Both the position numbers and the translations under genes were made by a program. A model generated the notes under the pieces. The model was not told where the DNA came from and made no database searches. It saw nothing but the letters and a program-made list of their open reading frames with translations. 64,000 nt of DNA from Thermoanaerobaculia bacterium (GTDB lineage Bacteria; Acidobacteriota; Thermoanaerobaculia; Gp7-AA8), in the NCBI GenBank assembly GCA_036398925.1, contig DASWOB010000095.1, forward strand, positions 22,616 to 86,615, in the 5' to 3' direction. Shown here one piece after another: positions 40,656-50,850 of the stretch (position 1 is its first letter; each line of letters starts with the position of its first letter).

Positions 40656-41444
40656 CTATCTTTCCGCCCGCTCCAGCTTCAGCCGGATATTCACAAAGTT
40701 GTACGGCGGCCACGGCCCCGTGTAGAGGAACGAGAGCTTGTTCTCGTACTTTTTGGCGATCTCGGAGATCTGATCGTCGAAGGCCTTGGTCTTGTCGCGC
40801 TCCACGAGGAACGCGGCGTTCATGATCATCTTGTCGCCGATCGGTTTGTTCGAGCGGGAGGCGATGGCGGCGTCGCGCAGCGCTTCGTAGATCTCGGTGA
40901 CATACGCATCGGCCTTGGCCTGCAGCGCCGATTCGACGACGCGGCCGAGCTGCATCCGCGAAAAGTAGGTGGAAGTCGATGTGTTCGAGGAGATCTCTTC
41001 CTTCAGCCGGCGGATCTCTTCGTTCTCCTGCTCGATCTCCCGCACCACCTGGTCTTTGTCCCAGTTCACCTTCAGGCCGAACTCGATCTTCCCCTCCATC
41101 TTCTGGAGGACGTCGCTCAGCGCTTCGTACGTTCCTTTGAGGAACTCCTTGATGTCGTTCTCGGTGCGGAAGACGGTGCCGAAGGACATCGGCAGCACGG
41201 TGAAATCCTTCATCACGAGCTCGTTCACATGCTCGTGGGCCAGGGCGTTCTCACGGGTCGGGTCGAAGACGATCAGCGGGCAGTTGGAGACGACGGCGGA
41301 AAACTCTCTGTAATGCACGGTGTAGACGCGGTCGCCGCGGCCGCCGATGCCGACCCCGCCGAAATCCTTCGGCAGGTCGGTCTTGATGATGCAGTACACG
41401 TATTTGCCCTGTTCAGCGTCGTTCGACGGAACCTGATCACTCAT
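40656..41444 (-). CDS. gvpF: gas vesicle protein GvpF/GvpL family (first gene of gvp operon)
   Basis: Start at MSDQVPSNDAEQGKYVYCIIKTD (ATG 41444). YTGPWPPYNF C-terminal motif. 262 aa. Confidence 0.75.
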   Translation of the reverse strand: MSDQVPSNDAEQGKYVYCIIKTDLPKDFGGVGIGGRGDRVYTVHYREFSAVVSNCPLIVFDPTRENALAHEHVNELVMKDFTVLPMSFGTVFRTENDIKEFLKGTYEALSDVLQKMEGKIEFGLKVNWDKDQVVREIEQENEEIRRLKEEISSNTSTSTYFSRMQLGRVVESALQAKADAYVTEIYEALRDAAIASRSNKPIGDKMIMNAAFLVERDKTKAFDDQISEIAKKYENKLSFLYTGPWPPYNFVNIRLKLERAER

Positions 41445-41489
41445 TGCATCCCCTTGCTGAAACGACCCGAAGAATACAAGATCGGCCGG

Positions 41490-42482
41490 TTGCAAGCTCC
41501 AGACCCTGCCAAAATCGCACAGCGCATCGAATCATGGTTCGCGCGCCATCAGCGTTCCCTGCCGTGGCGGGCGGCCTATGACCCATACCACGTCTGGGTC
41601 TCGGAAGTCATGCTGCAGCAGACCCGGATGGAGGTCGTGCTCCGCTATTTCCCCCGATTTCTGGAACGTTTTCCGACCCTTCACGCCCTCGCCACCGCCA
41701 CCGACCATGACGTCATGGCCGCCTGGTCGGGCCTCGGCTACTACCGCCGCGCACGCATGCTCCGCGCCGGCGCCGCCGACGTCGTGGAGCGCTTCGGCGG
41801 GGTGATCCCCCGCGAGGTCGAACAGCTGCTGACCATCCCCGGCATCGGCCGCTACACCGCCGGGGCGATTCGCTCGGTGGCCTTCAACGAGCGCGCCCCG
41901 ATCGTCGACGGCAACGTCTCACGCCTCACCGCGCGCCTGTTCGCCGTGGAAACGCCGTGGCTGCACGCCGAAGCGCTGGTGGAGCAGGCCCGCTCGCCGC
42001 GCATGCTCAATCAGGGACTGATGGAGCTCGGCGCGCTGATCTGCACCCCGCGCAACCCCTCCTGCCCGATCTGCCCCGTGCGCACCCACTGCGTGGCGCT
42101 GGCGAAAGGGCTCGTCGACGAGCTGCCGCGGCCGAAAGAGAAGCCGGCCACGCGCGCGCTGAACATCCCGCTGTACGTGATCTCCGACAGCAAAGGGCGC
42201 GTGCTGATGCGCCTCGAATCGGGGCCGCTCATGTCGGCGATGTATCACCTCCCCCACGGCGACACGCAGCTCCTGACGGGCGCACCCCTCGACGCGCAAC
42301 GGCGCGAGCTGCTCGGCAAAGTGCGCCACACCGTGACCACACGGCGGATCGAGTTCGAGGTGTGGCGGGCGGAGGTCGCCAAACGCCCGCGAGCCGGCGA
42401 ATACCGCTGGATCGACCGCCAAACGCTCGGTGAGATCCCCCATCCCTCGTACGTACGGAAGGCTCTCGCGCTGCTCGACTAA
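41490..42482 (+). CDS. mutY: A/G-specific adenine DNA glycosylase MutY
   Basis: HhH-GPD motifs (LPGIGRYTAGAI). [4Fe-4S] cluster loop CTPRNPSCPICPVRTHC. C-terminal NUDIX-like domain. The start is uncertain (TTG at 41490 or upstream); the track ORF is artificially long. Confidence 0.8.
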   Translation: MQAPDPAKIAQRIESWFARHQRSLPWRAAYDPYHVWVSEVMLQQTRMEVVLRYFPRFLERFPTLHALATATDHDVMAAWSGLGYYRRARMLRAGAADVVERFGGVIPREVEQLLTIPGIGRYTAGAIRSVAFNERAPIVDGNVSRLTARLFAVETPWLHAEALVEQARSPRMLNQGLMELGALICTPRNPSCPICPVRTHCVALAKGLVDELPRPKEKPATRALNIPLYVISDSKGRVLMRLESGPLMSAMYHLPHGDTQLLTGAPLDAQRRELLGKVRHTVTTRRIEFEVWRAEVAKRPRAGEYRWIDRQTLGEIPHPSYVRKALALLD

Positions 42483-42532
42483 CCCACGCACGAGGAGACG
42501 ACCGGAGGCCTCCGGTACAATCTCCCCAAACT

Positions 42533-45226
42533 ATGCGCGGGCGTGTTGCGGTCCTCCTCTTTCTCTCGGTTCTCGCTTTCCCCATCTATCCCCAGTGCTC
42601 GTGGGCTCCTCGCACCTCGATGCCCTTCCGCGCGTCGGTGCTCGACGTGGCGGTCGACGGCGCCGATCTCTGGGTGGCCACCTCGTACGGCGTGCAGCTG
42701 CTCGACCGCACGATCGATCCACCGGCACTGGTGGCCTCGCTGGCCATCCCCGGCACGACGCGCGTGGCGCGGCCGCACAACGGGCTGGTCTACGTCGGGA
42801 GCGGCTCGAAGATCGTCATCGTGAGGAAGAACGGCCGCACGCTGCAGCTCGTCCGCAGCGTCGAGGCGGGCGGCAACGTGAACGACTTGCACTTTGCCGG
42901 CTCGTACCTTTTTGTCGCGACGTCGAACGGGCTCGCGCACTTTGATCTGCTGGAGCCGGCGAATCCGGTCCGCACCAACGTCTCCACGCTCCCGACCTCG
43001 AACGACAACGTGACCTCGCTGGCCGCGGCCGGCAACACGCTCTACGCCGCCGATGGCGACAGCAGCGTGCACGCGTTCACCCTCGTCTCGCCGGCGCTGC
43101 CGCAGCACGTCAACGCCATCGAGTCGCTGCCGGGCGCGAGCTCCGTCAACGCCACCAACGGCCGGCTCTACATCTCCGACGGCCAGAGCACGGAGGTCTT
43201 CAGCGGGACGGTCAAAGAGACCACCCAGCCGTACGGTGCGTCGGCATTCGGCACGCTGGCCGGCGAGATCCATTTCGTGGCCGGACGCGATCGCACCCTG
43301 CGCGCGATCGACTTTTCGCTCGCCACGCGGCCGGCCGGCCTGTTCGAGGACGTGCTGCCGATCAGCGGCGGCAACGTGAACCGCATCTCCGCGATCGCGC
43401 TCGCATCGAATCGCGCCTACGTGGCCGCGGGTGACATCGGCCTGATCACGTACGACCTCACGAACTTCACCGCCCCTTATCCGCTGCACATCCAGCCGAA
43501 CGGCGGCACGACCTCGACCCTGCTGATGAACCGCGTCTACGGCACGAACGCGATGCCGGCCGGCGGCATCACGGAGTACGAGCTGGCGGGCGACGGCTCG
43601 CTCAATCCGCGGCGGACTTGGGCGTCCGAGGCGCGGCACACGCTGCTCGACGGCAACGGACTCCTGCTGACGGCGAACGGCACCTCCCTCTTCCTGTGGG
43701 ACGTCGCCCCGTCGACGCCGCAGAACCTCGCCACCGCGGAGCTCGACCTGCCGGTGCGCGCCGCGGCGCTGATGCACACCGCGCTCGCCTTCGCGCTGCT
43801 CGAAGACGACTCGCTCTGGCGCGTGAACCTCGTGCCGGGCGGCGCGTCGACGAAGACGAAGCTCACCGGCACGGCCATGCGTCTGGTGCGCAACGGGACG
43901 GCGCTCGCGACGGTGTCGGTCGATCCGGAGAGCGGCAACACCACGCTCCGCTACTACGCGACGGGTGACCTGGCGGTCGCGCCGACGCGCGTCGTGGAGA
44001 TCCCCGGCGCCGCGAACGGCACGCTGGCCCTCGGCGCCAGCCGCGCCGCCATCACCACCTTCCGCGGCATCAACGTGGTCGATCTCGCCACCGGCAACGT
44101 CTCGGTGCTGAAGGACTCGCTGATCACCATCAGCCCGTCGCTGCGCATCGAAGGCAATCGGCTGCTGGCCCTGACCAGCGACCAGCTGGCGGTGTGGGAC
44201 CTGGCCACCGGCGCGCGGCTGCGCAGCTTCGCCGGCGCCGGCGGAACGCAACTGCACGTCTCCGGCACGACCGCGACCATCGCCAGTGCCAGCGGCATCA
44301 CCACCGTCGCGTACGAATCGCGCAGCGGCCTGCCGGCCCGCCTCGAGGCGGCCAACCCGAGCCGCTTCCACACCCGCGTCGTGGCCGGCGCCGGCCGCGC
44401 GTATCTCTTCGGACGCGACGGCGTCGACATCTACGACACGCAACGCGGCGCCACGCCGCACTTCATCACCCGCATCCGCCCGGCCGGTCTGCTCGACGCG
44501 ACCGCGGCCGCGGGGGCGCTCTTCACCCTCGCCTCCAACGGCGTCGTGGCGAAGTGGTCGCGCGACGGCGCGCCGCTCGCGCAGATCACCATCAACGAAG
44601 GCACCGACGCGCAGATGCTGAACATCGGCTCCGCCGGCAACGCGGTCTGGGTGGCGATCTCGAAAGGCTGCTTCTCCGGCGCGTGCGAGAAGAAGACGCT
44701 GATCTTCGATCCTGCTTCGCTCGCCAACACGTCGTCGCTGAGCGGCGGCATGATCGACGTCGTCACCTCCGGCGCGCGCGCCTACGCCCTCTTCCGCCTG
44801 CCGAACGAGATGCGCGTCTACAACATCTCGGACCCGCTGCGCCCCTCGCAGGTCGTCGCCGCCGCTTCACCGGCCGGCGCGGTGTCGCTGGCCTTCGCCA
44901 ATGGCGCGCTGCACGTCCTCGCCGACAAGGTCTACGCCTTCAACGAAACGACCCTCACCGCCAGCGGCGAGCAGCTCGCAGCCGCCACGCCGAACGACGC
45001 CCAGCGCCTCCGCATCGACGGCAACTGCGCCGTCGTCAGCGGACGCGGCGCATCGCCGGAGCTCTTCACGCTTCCGGCGTGGAGCAGCGCGCCATCGAGC
45101 GAAACGCCCTCCGTCGTCCGCTCGATCGCTGTTGAAGGAGGGAAGCTGTTCGTGCTGACCGATCACTCGCTGGAGATGTGGTCGGAGCTCACCGGAAGTA
45201 CGCCGAAGAAGCGCGCCACGCGATAG
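42533..45226 (+). CDS. large secreted repeat protein, predicted beta-propeller (LVIVD-like repeats)
   Basis: Signal peptide MRGRVAVLLFLSVLAFPIYP. Recurrent ~40-aa units of the form LYVA/LFVA...G+...D (LWVATSYGVQLLD, LYVGSGSKIVIV, LFVATSNGLAHFD, LYAADGDSSVHAF). No catalytic motifs recognised. Confidence 0.5.
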   Translation: MRGRVAVLLFLSVLAFPIYPQCSWAPRTSMPFRASVLDVAVDGADLWVATSYGVQLLDRTIDPPALVASLAIPGTTRVARPHNGLVYVGSGSKIVIVRKNGRTLQLVRSVEAGGNVNDLHFAGSYLFVATSNGLAHFDLLEPANPVRTNVSTLPTSNDNVTSLAAAGNTLYAADGDSSVHAFTLVSPALPQHVNAIESLPGASSVNATNGRLYISDGQSTEVFSGTVKETTQPYGASAFGTLAGEIHFVAGRDRTLRAIDFSLATRPAGLFEDVLPISGGNVNRISAIALASNRAYVAAGDIGLITYDLTNFTAPYPLHIQPNGGTTSTLLMNRVYGTNAMPAGGITEYELAGDGSLNPRRTWASEARHTLLDGNGLLLTANGTSLFLWDVAPSTPQNLATAELDLPVRAAALMHTALAFALLEDDSLWRVNLVPGGASTKTKLTGTAMRLVRNGTALATVSVDPESGNTTLRYYATGDLAVAPTRVVEIPGAANGTLALGASRAAITTFRGINVVDLATGNVSVLKDSLITISPSLRIEGNRLLALTSDQLAVWDLATGARLRSFAGAGGTQLHVSGTTATIASASGITTVAYESRSGLPARLEAANPSRFHTRVVAGAGRAYLFGRDGVDIYDTQRGATPHFITRIRPAGLLDATAAAGALFTLASNGVVAKWSRDGAPLAQITINEGTDAQMLNIGSAGNAVWVAISKGCFSGACEKKTLIFDPASLANTSSLSGGMIDVVTSGARAYALFRLPNEMRVYNISDPLRPSQVVAAASPAGAVSLAFANGALHVLADKVYAFNETTLTASGEQLAAATPNDAQRLRIDGNCAVVSGRGASPELFTLPAWSSAPSSETPSVVRSIAVEGGKLFVLTDHSLEMWSELTGSTPKKRATR

Positions 45227-45228
45227 AG

Positions 45229-45312
45229 CGAGCGATGAGCGATGAGAGATGAGCGATGAACTGTAGCTGCCGCTCGCACGTTCATCGTTCATCTCTCATC
45301 GTTCATCGTTCG
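45229..45312. repeat. family-A heptamer hairpin repeat between co-directional genes
   Basis: gagcgatgagcgatgagagatgagcgatgaac-tgtagctgccgctcgcac-gttcatcgttcatctctcatcgttcatcgttcgg. Confidence 0.7.
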
Positions 45313-45358
45313 GCGGAAGCCAGTCCCCATCCCCGCCGCGCGTAGAATCCGCGCCACC

Positions 45359-46114
45359 ATGAAAATCACCCTCTGGTCCGACGCGAACGCGTACCACATC
45401 ACCCTCAACGATCCGCCGCTGCACATCCTCGACGTCGAGATGCTGGGGGAGCTGCGCGAGGCGCTGGCGCGCATCCCGAACGACCGCCACGCGCTGATCA
45501 TCGAGGCCTCAGGCGAGAAGGCTTTCTCCGCCGGCGCGAGCGTGCAGGATCACCTCGGCGAGCGCGTCACCACGATGCTCGGGCTCTTTCACGACTGCTT
45601 CCGGATGCTGGCCAGGCTCGATCTCGTCACGGTCGCTCTGGTGCGCGGCGCGGCCCTCGGCGGCGGCTGCGAGCTGGCCATGGCGTGCGACTTCGTCCTC
45701 GCTTCCGACCGCGCGCAGTTCGGCCAGCCGGAGATTCACCTCGGCGTCTTCCCTCCCGTGGCCGCCTATCAGCTCTCGCGGCAGACCATGCCGCGCAAAG
45801 GACTGGAGCTGCTGCTCACCGGCGATCCGATCGATGCCGCGACCGCGGAGCGGATCGGCCTCGCCAGCGCTCTCTTCCCCGCCGGGGAGTTCGATACGCG
45901 GTCCGATGAGTGGCTGCAGCGCCTCTATCGCCAGAGCGCGTCGTCGATCCGCTTCGCGAAGAAAGCGTTCCGCATCGCGCAAAGCGCCGATTTCGACGAA
46001 CGGCTGGCAGCGGTCGAGCGGCTGTACCTCGACGAGCTGATGCAGACCAGCGACGCCAACGAAGGGCTGAACGCCTTCGTGGAGAAGCGCAAGCCGGTCT
46101 GGCGGGGAGAGTAG
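45359..46114 (+). CDS. enoyl-CoA hydratase/isomerase (crotonase) family protein
   Basis: Oxyanion-hole motifs FSAGASVQDH and GAALGGGCELAMACD. 251 aa. Confidence 0.8.
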   Translation: MKITLWSDANAYHITLNDPPLHILDVEMLGELREALARIPNDRHALIIEASGEKAFSAGASVQDHLGERVTTMLGLFHDCFRMLARLDLVTVALVRGAALGGGCELAMACDFVLASDRAQFGQPEIHLGVFPPVAAYQLSRQTMPRKGLELLLTGDPIDAATAERIGLASALFPAGEFDTRSDEWLQRLYRQSASSIRFAKKAFRIAQSADFDERLAAVERLYLDELMQTSDANEGLNAFVEKRKPVWRGE

Positions 46115-46203
46115 AGCTGCTCAGCTGCTCAGCTCCTCAGCTGCTCAGCTATTCAGCTGTTCAGGCGGCCTGAATAGCTGAACAGCTGTGAAGCTGAGCG
46201 GCT
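46113..46203. repeat. family-B heptamer hairpin repeat between convergent genes
   Basis: cagctgctcagctgctcagctcctcagctgctcagctattcagctgttcagg-cggc-ctgaatagctgaacagctgtgaagctgagcggctgg. Confidence 0.7.
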
Positions 46204-46205
46204 GG

Positions 46206-46616
46206 CTAGTCCTTCTGCTCTTCGAACTCGACGGTCGTGTTGGCGTCGAGCTTCACCAGCGTCTTGCCGCTCGGCACGGTCACCAGCGGGAAGGTGGCGA
46301 CGATGACGACGCCGGAGGTCTTGCCGTCGCAGCCGACCGGCATGGGGCGGACGACCTTCAGCTCGCCGAACTGACGGGCCACGACTTTCCCCCTCGCGTC
46401 GACGATCTCCAGCGGCGGGGCCGACTTTGCCTGAATGGCCTTCGCCAGCGCCTGCGCTTCCTGAAACGTCAACTTGCCGGTCAGGAGGGTCAGGATCTGG
46501 TGGGGACGGCCGCGCTCGGTGCGGGCGACGAAGCGGTTCACGCACGCGGCGGAAGCAGCGTCGGCGACGAGCACCGCGAAGGAGAGGACGAGAGCGAGAC
46601 GCGTGGCTTTGATCAT
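46206..46616 (-). CDS. hypothetical secreted protein (~136 aa)
   Basis: Start at MIKATRLALVLSFAVLVADAASAA (signal peptide). No family recognised. Confidence 0.45.
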   Translation of the reverse strand: MIKATRLALVLSFAVLVADAASAACVNRFVARTERGRPHQILTLLTGKLTFQEAQALAKAIQAKSAPPLEIVDARGKVVARQFGELKVVRPMPVGCDGKTSGVVIVATFPLVTVPSGKTLVKLDANTTVEFEEQKD

Positions 46617-46715
46617 CTTTGCGGCTCCGGAAGGACCGAAGCTGAAGACAACGGCCGCGCCCGCGGAATTTCCCCCCTCCGGCGCAACCCGTATCGCGGC
46701 CACCCGTAGTAGAAG

Positions 46716-48719
46716 TTGCGCCGCAGTGACGCGGCCGTCATGATGACCCTCCAGATGAACGACCCGACCCCGGTCCGGAAGCGGCGCCTCTCGCCGGCGT
46801 TCCTCGTCTGGCTGATCGGTGTCGGCACGATCGTCATCATCGACCAGATCGACCGGCTCCTCGACCGGATCGGCTACACCTCCGGCCCGCTGGCCTTCGT
46901 CGCCTTTCTGGCGTGGCTGGTGGTCATCGGCCTCACGCTCTACGGTTTCGCGCTGGCCGCGCGCTTCCTGCTCCGCCAGCTCTTCTGGACCGTCGGCCGC
47001 CGGCTCTTCCTGAGCTACATCATGATCGGCGTCCTGCCGTTCGCCCTCTTCGCGATCCTGCTCGTGGCGATCCTCTACGTCATCGCCGGGGTGGCCAGCC
47101 AGACCGCGTTCAAGTTCGAGCGACAGGCTTCCCTCGGGCAGCTCGAAGCGCTCAACAGCGAGTACGCGCTGCAGGGACGCCGGCCGCGCTCGGACGGCAT
47201 CGAGATCTACGACACGGAGAATCCAAGTGGCGAAGGGATCCCGGAGTGGCTGCGCTCGACCACCTACAGCGGCCTCGCCCTCCGCGACAAAGAGCCGCTG
47301 CTCGTCTCCGCCCGGCAGTACCCGATGTTCGACGACGAATCACGCACGGTCGTGCTGGCGCTGCGGCTCGACGACAAGTGGGCGCGCCAGATCGAAGAGC
47401 GCAGCGGCATGGTGGTGCGCACCGACATCGCCTCCCGCGAGGGCGAAGGGTTCTCGATCCAGAGCGACGACCGCGACTTCACCGACTTCCGCGAGCGCGG
47501 CCTGCGCTGGAACCGGATCTACTTCTACGACATCACCGAAGAGAACGGCCTGATCGACTGGAGCAGCGGCAAGCCCGATCCGGCCAAGCGGCTGTTCACG
47601 CTGATCTCGAACCCGTTCCGCAACCTGATCCAGTTCTACTTCGGCGGGGCGACGAACTCGCAGATCATGCGAGTCATCTTCACGATCATCATCGGCCTCA
47701 CCACCGCGCTGATGCTGATGTACTTCGTCGCCACCGCCTTCGCGGCGGTGCTGATCTTCTCCATCTCACGCGCGGTCAACCGCATCGAGAAGGGGACCAA
47801 GGCGGTCGAGCGCGGCGACTTCTCGTACCGCATCCGGATGAAGCCGTCGTATCAGCTGGGGGCGATGGCGCAGTCGTTCGACCGGATGACCGAGTCGATC
47901 GCCTCGCTGCTCACCACGGTCGCGGAGAAAGAGCGCCTGCAGAGCGAGATCGCGATCGCCGCCACCATCCAGCGCAACCTCCTGCCGAAGGAAGGGCCGC
48001 TCTTCCGCGGTGTCTCGTTCTCCGCGCACTTCGAGCCGACCACCTCGATCGGCGGCGATTACTACGACGTCTTCAATCTCGACAAGACCCGCCTGGCGGT
48101 GGCCATTGGCGACGTTTCGGGACACGGCCTCTCCACCGGCCTGGTCATGGCCATGGTCAAGGCGGCGATGACGACCCTGGTCGAAGAGGGAGCCGACGAG
48201 ACCTCGCTCTTCCGCCGGCTGAATGAGCTGGTCTATCGCTCGACCGAGCGACGCGCGTTCATGACCCTCGCCTTCACGATCTTCGATCTCGAGCGCGGCA
48301 CGATCCGCCACACCAACGCCGGCCATCTCTACCCCTACCTGCTGCGCGAAGGGGCCACCACCACCCGCTCCATCGAGTCGCCGTCGCTGCCGCTGGGCGT
48401 GCGCAGCGAGCTGCTGACCTCCACGGTCGAAGTCGAGCTGCAGGAAGGCGACACGATCGTCTACCTCTCCGACGGCATCGTCGAAGCGCAGAACGAGAAC
48501 GGTGACCCGCTCGGCTTCGATCAGCTCGAGGCGTTCCTCGCCTCGCAAACCGACCGCTCGCCGAGCGCCATCCGCAACGGCATCCTCGACGCCGTCGCAC
48601 GCCACTCCGGCAGCCGCCCCGCGGACGACGATCGCACCGTCATGGTGCTGCGCTTCGACGGTTTCAAGGCGCCGCTCGAAGTGGAGCCGGTGCTCGAAGA
48701 AACGCCCGCTGCCGTCTGA
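46716..48719 (+). CDS. membrane-bound PP2C/SpoIIE-family serine phosphatase with N-terminal multi-TM sensor and HAMP-like linker
   Basis: PP2C metal-binding motifs GGDYYDV, IGDVSGHGLSTGLVMAMVKAAM and VYLSDGIVEAQN. Five to six N-terminal TM helices. Confidence 0.8.
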   Translation: MRRSDAAVMMTLQMNDPTPVRKRRLSPAFLVWLIGVGTIVIIDQIDRLLDRIGYTSGPLAFVAFLAWLVVIGLTLYGFALAARFLLRQLFWTVGRRLFLSYIMIGVLPFALFAILLVAILYVIAGVASQTAFKFERQASLGQLEALNSEYALQGRRPRSDGIEIYDTENPSGEGIPEWLRSTTYSGLALRDKEPLLVSARQYPMFDDESRTVVLALRLDDKWARQIEERSGMVVRTDIASREGEGFSIQSDDRDFTDFRERGLRWNRIYFYDITEENGLIDWSSGKPDPAKRLFTLISNPFRNLIQFYFGGATNSQIMRVIFTIIIGLTTALMLMYFVATAFAAVLIFSISRAVNRIEKGTKAVERGDFSYRIRMKPSYQLGAMAQSFDRMTESIASLLTTVAEKERLQSEIAIAATIQRNLLPKEGPLFRGVSFSAHFEPTTSIGGDYYDVFNLDKTRLAVAIGDVSGHGLSTGLVMAMVKAAMTTLVEEGADETSLFRRLNELVYRSTERRAFMTLAFTIFDLERGTIRHTNAGHLYPYLLREGATTTRSIESPSLPLGVRSELLTSTVEVELQEGDTIVYLSDGIVEAQNENGDPLGFDQLEAFLASQTDRSPSAIRNGILDAVARHSGSRPADDDRTVMVLRFDGFKAPLEVEPVLEETPAAV

Positions 48720-48720
48720 T

Positions 48721-50850
48721 TCACCGGTTGATGCCGATGATGAAGCTGCGTCCCGCTGCGTGCACCGATGCGGCGTCGGCCGATCCGAAGCGATCCACGT
48801 TGGTGAGGTTGTGGATCGCCACGCGCAGCTCGAACCGATCGGAGACGCGCCAGCCGGTGCCGACGTCGATCGTGACGTAGCCGGGCCGCTCCACTTCCAC
48901 CGGACCGGGATATTCGTCGCGGCCGTAGGCGGAGCCGAGGAGGAAAACGGAGGCGCTTTCGGCAGCCCAGCGGAGGCCGGCGTGCACGACCGGCGCGGAA
49001 ATGTCGTCGAGCGCCGCGCCGCTGCCGAGGTCCTCGCCGCGGGCGATGGCCGCACCGAGGTTCAGCTCGAGAGCGAACGGAAGCCGGGTGGTCAACTCCC
49101 CTTCGAGGCCGCGCACTTCGGCTTCGCCGCGATTGCGGAAGAAGAAGTCGTTGCCGCTGCGATAACGCTCGACGAGGTTGCGGATGCGGTATTGATAGGC
49201 AAAGAGGGCCGCGGTCGTGCGGGAGCCGCTCCAGCGCACCGCCGCGTCGAGCTGGCGCGTGCGCTCCGGCTCGAGCGCCGGATTGCCGGTGATGAAGCCG
49301 CGTCCGGAGACGCCGCGGAAGAAGCGGTCGGAGAGTGTCGGCTCGCGATAGCCGCTCGCGATCTGCGCCGTGGCGGTGATGCCGTTCCACGGTCCGGCGG
49401 TCGCGGCAAAGTAGCCCGACAGCGCGACGTCGTCGATCGACTGATCGCCAAAGTGGCCGCCCTCGTTCTGCGTCGAAACGTAGTCGGCGCGCGCGCCGGC
49501 CGCGAGCTGCAGTGCCCGCGAGAGGCGCGTGTCATACGACGTGAAGAGGCCGAAATCGTAGCGATCGGCATCTTCGATGGAGCCGCTCGCGCGGAGATTG
49601 AAGCGGCTGACGAAGTCGCTGCCGACGACGAAACGCGCCTTCGCGCCGTGATGCTCGACGGAAACGCGGAACGAGGCGTCGCGCGCCTTCACCGCCGACG
49701 ATTCGATCTGCGTCGCCGAGCGCTCGCGGGTGGTGGTGATGGAGTAGGCGCCGAGGGAGGCGCGCACCGCGGCCACGTCGAAGAAACCGGAGGGCTGGAG
49801 GTCGAGGCCCCCCGTCAGCAGCGTCGCCCGCTCGTCCGGATAGTAGGTACGGCCCGGGTCGGTCGACGGCGCGCCGGTCTCGCGGGCGATGCTGGTCATG
49901 AGGCCGAGCCGCAGGCGGCCCCAGTCCGCATCACGGATGAAGCGAAACAGCGCCCCGCGATCGCGGAACTGCGAGTTCGGGATGACCTCGCCGTCCGCGT
50001 CGCGCAGGTCGTCCGCGGCGCGCACGTGAATCGCCGCGAGCACCGCTCCGCCGAACGCATCCTCGGTCACCTCGGCCGAAATGCTGCGGGTGGTCTCCCC
50101 GCCGAACGCGCTCCAGGCGTCGTAACGGAAGCCGGGCGCGCCCGGGATCGGATCGCGCGTGCGCATGTGCACCGTGCCGCCGATGGCGTCGGAGCCGTAC
50201 GCGACGGAGCCGGGGCCGCGGGCGATCTCGATCGAGCCGAGAGTCAGTGGATTGATGAACGTGGCGGAAGGACCAGCCCGGCGCTCGGCGACGATGCGGG
50301 CATCATCGACCAGCAGCAGCGTCCGTCCACCGGCCAGGCCGCGCACGACCGGGACGGCCGGCGCTCCTTCGCCGCGGATGGTCACGCCGGGGACTCGTGC
50401 GACGGCGTCGGCGATGTGGGCCGGCTTGCGCTGCTCGAGCTCCTCCCCGCCGACCACGACCGGCGCGGCAGCGGGCGGCGCTTCGATGTTCGGTGCCGCG
50501 CCGGTGGTCACGGTCACGGTCTCGCGAAACGCTTCCTGCAGCGTGAGCGTCGGCGCGAGCCGCTCGACGTAAATGGGCGGATAGATCTCGCCGCGCGTGC
50601 CGATCACGATCAGCGTGGCGGGCAGCGGAGGATCGGGGGCCAGCGTGAAGCGTCCTTCGCTGTCGGTGCGCGCGGAGCCGGTCTGCCCCACGACCGAGAT
50701 CTGTGCGCCGGCGACCGCTTTGCCCGACGCGTCGACGAGCTTCGACTCGAATGCGAAAAGAGAGGTGGAGAGGGAGAGCGCGACGAGGAGCGTCAGCGCG
50801 TGGCGGCGGAGGGACGCGCTTCGGCGATGTGCTTCGACTCGATCGCCTTG
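48721..50850 (-). CDS. TonB-dependent outer-membrane receptor with N-terminal CarboxypepD_reg domain (start uncertain)
   Basis: Signal peptide ...ALTLLVALSLSTSLFA. CarboxypepD_reg (ASGKAVAGAQISVVGQTGSARTDSEGRFTL). Plug domain (IEIARGPGSVAYGSDAIGGTVHM). C-terminal beta-barrel. The track ORF start (50994) would overlap the upstream SLT gene by 200 nt, so the real start is probably near 50800-50850. Confidence 0.75.
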   Translation of the reverse strand, partial: QGDRVEAHRRSASLRRHALTLLVALSLSTSLFAFESKLVDASGKAVAGAQISVVGQTGSARTDSEGRFTLAPDPPLPATLIVIGTRGEIYPPIYVERLAPTLTLQEAFRETVTVTTGAAPNIEAPPAAAPVVVGGEELEQRKPAHIADAVARVPGVTIRGEGAPAVPVVRGLAGGRTLLLVDDARIVAERRAGPSATFINPLTLGSIEIARGPGSVAYGSDAIGGTVHMRTRDPIPGAPGFRYDAWSAFGGETTRSISAEVTEDAFGGAVLAAIHVRAADDLRDADGEVIPNSQFRDRGALFRFIRDADWGRLRLGLMTSIARETGAPSTDPGRTYYPDERATLLTGGLDLQPSGFFDVAAVRASLGAYSITTTRERSATQIESSAVKARDASFRVSVEHHGAKARFVVGSDFVSRFNLRASGSIEDADRYDFGLFTSYDTRLSRALQLAAGARADYVSTQNEGGHFGDQSIDDVALSGYFAATAGPWNGITATAQIASGYREPTLSDRFFRGVSGRGFITGNPALEPERTRQLDAAVRWSGSRTTAALFAYQYRIRNLVERYRSGNDFFFRNRGEAEVRGLEGELTTRLPFALELNLGAAIARGEDLGSGAALDDISAPVVHAGLRWAAESASVFLLGSAYGRDEYPGPVEVERPGYVTIDVGTGWRVSDRFELRVAIHNLTNVDRFGSADAASVHAAGRSFIIGINR

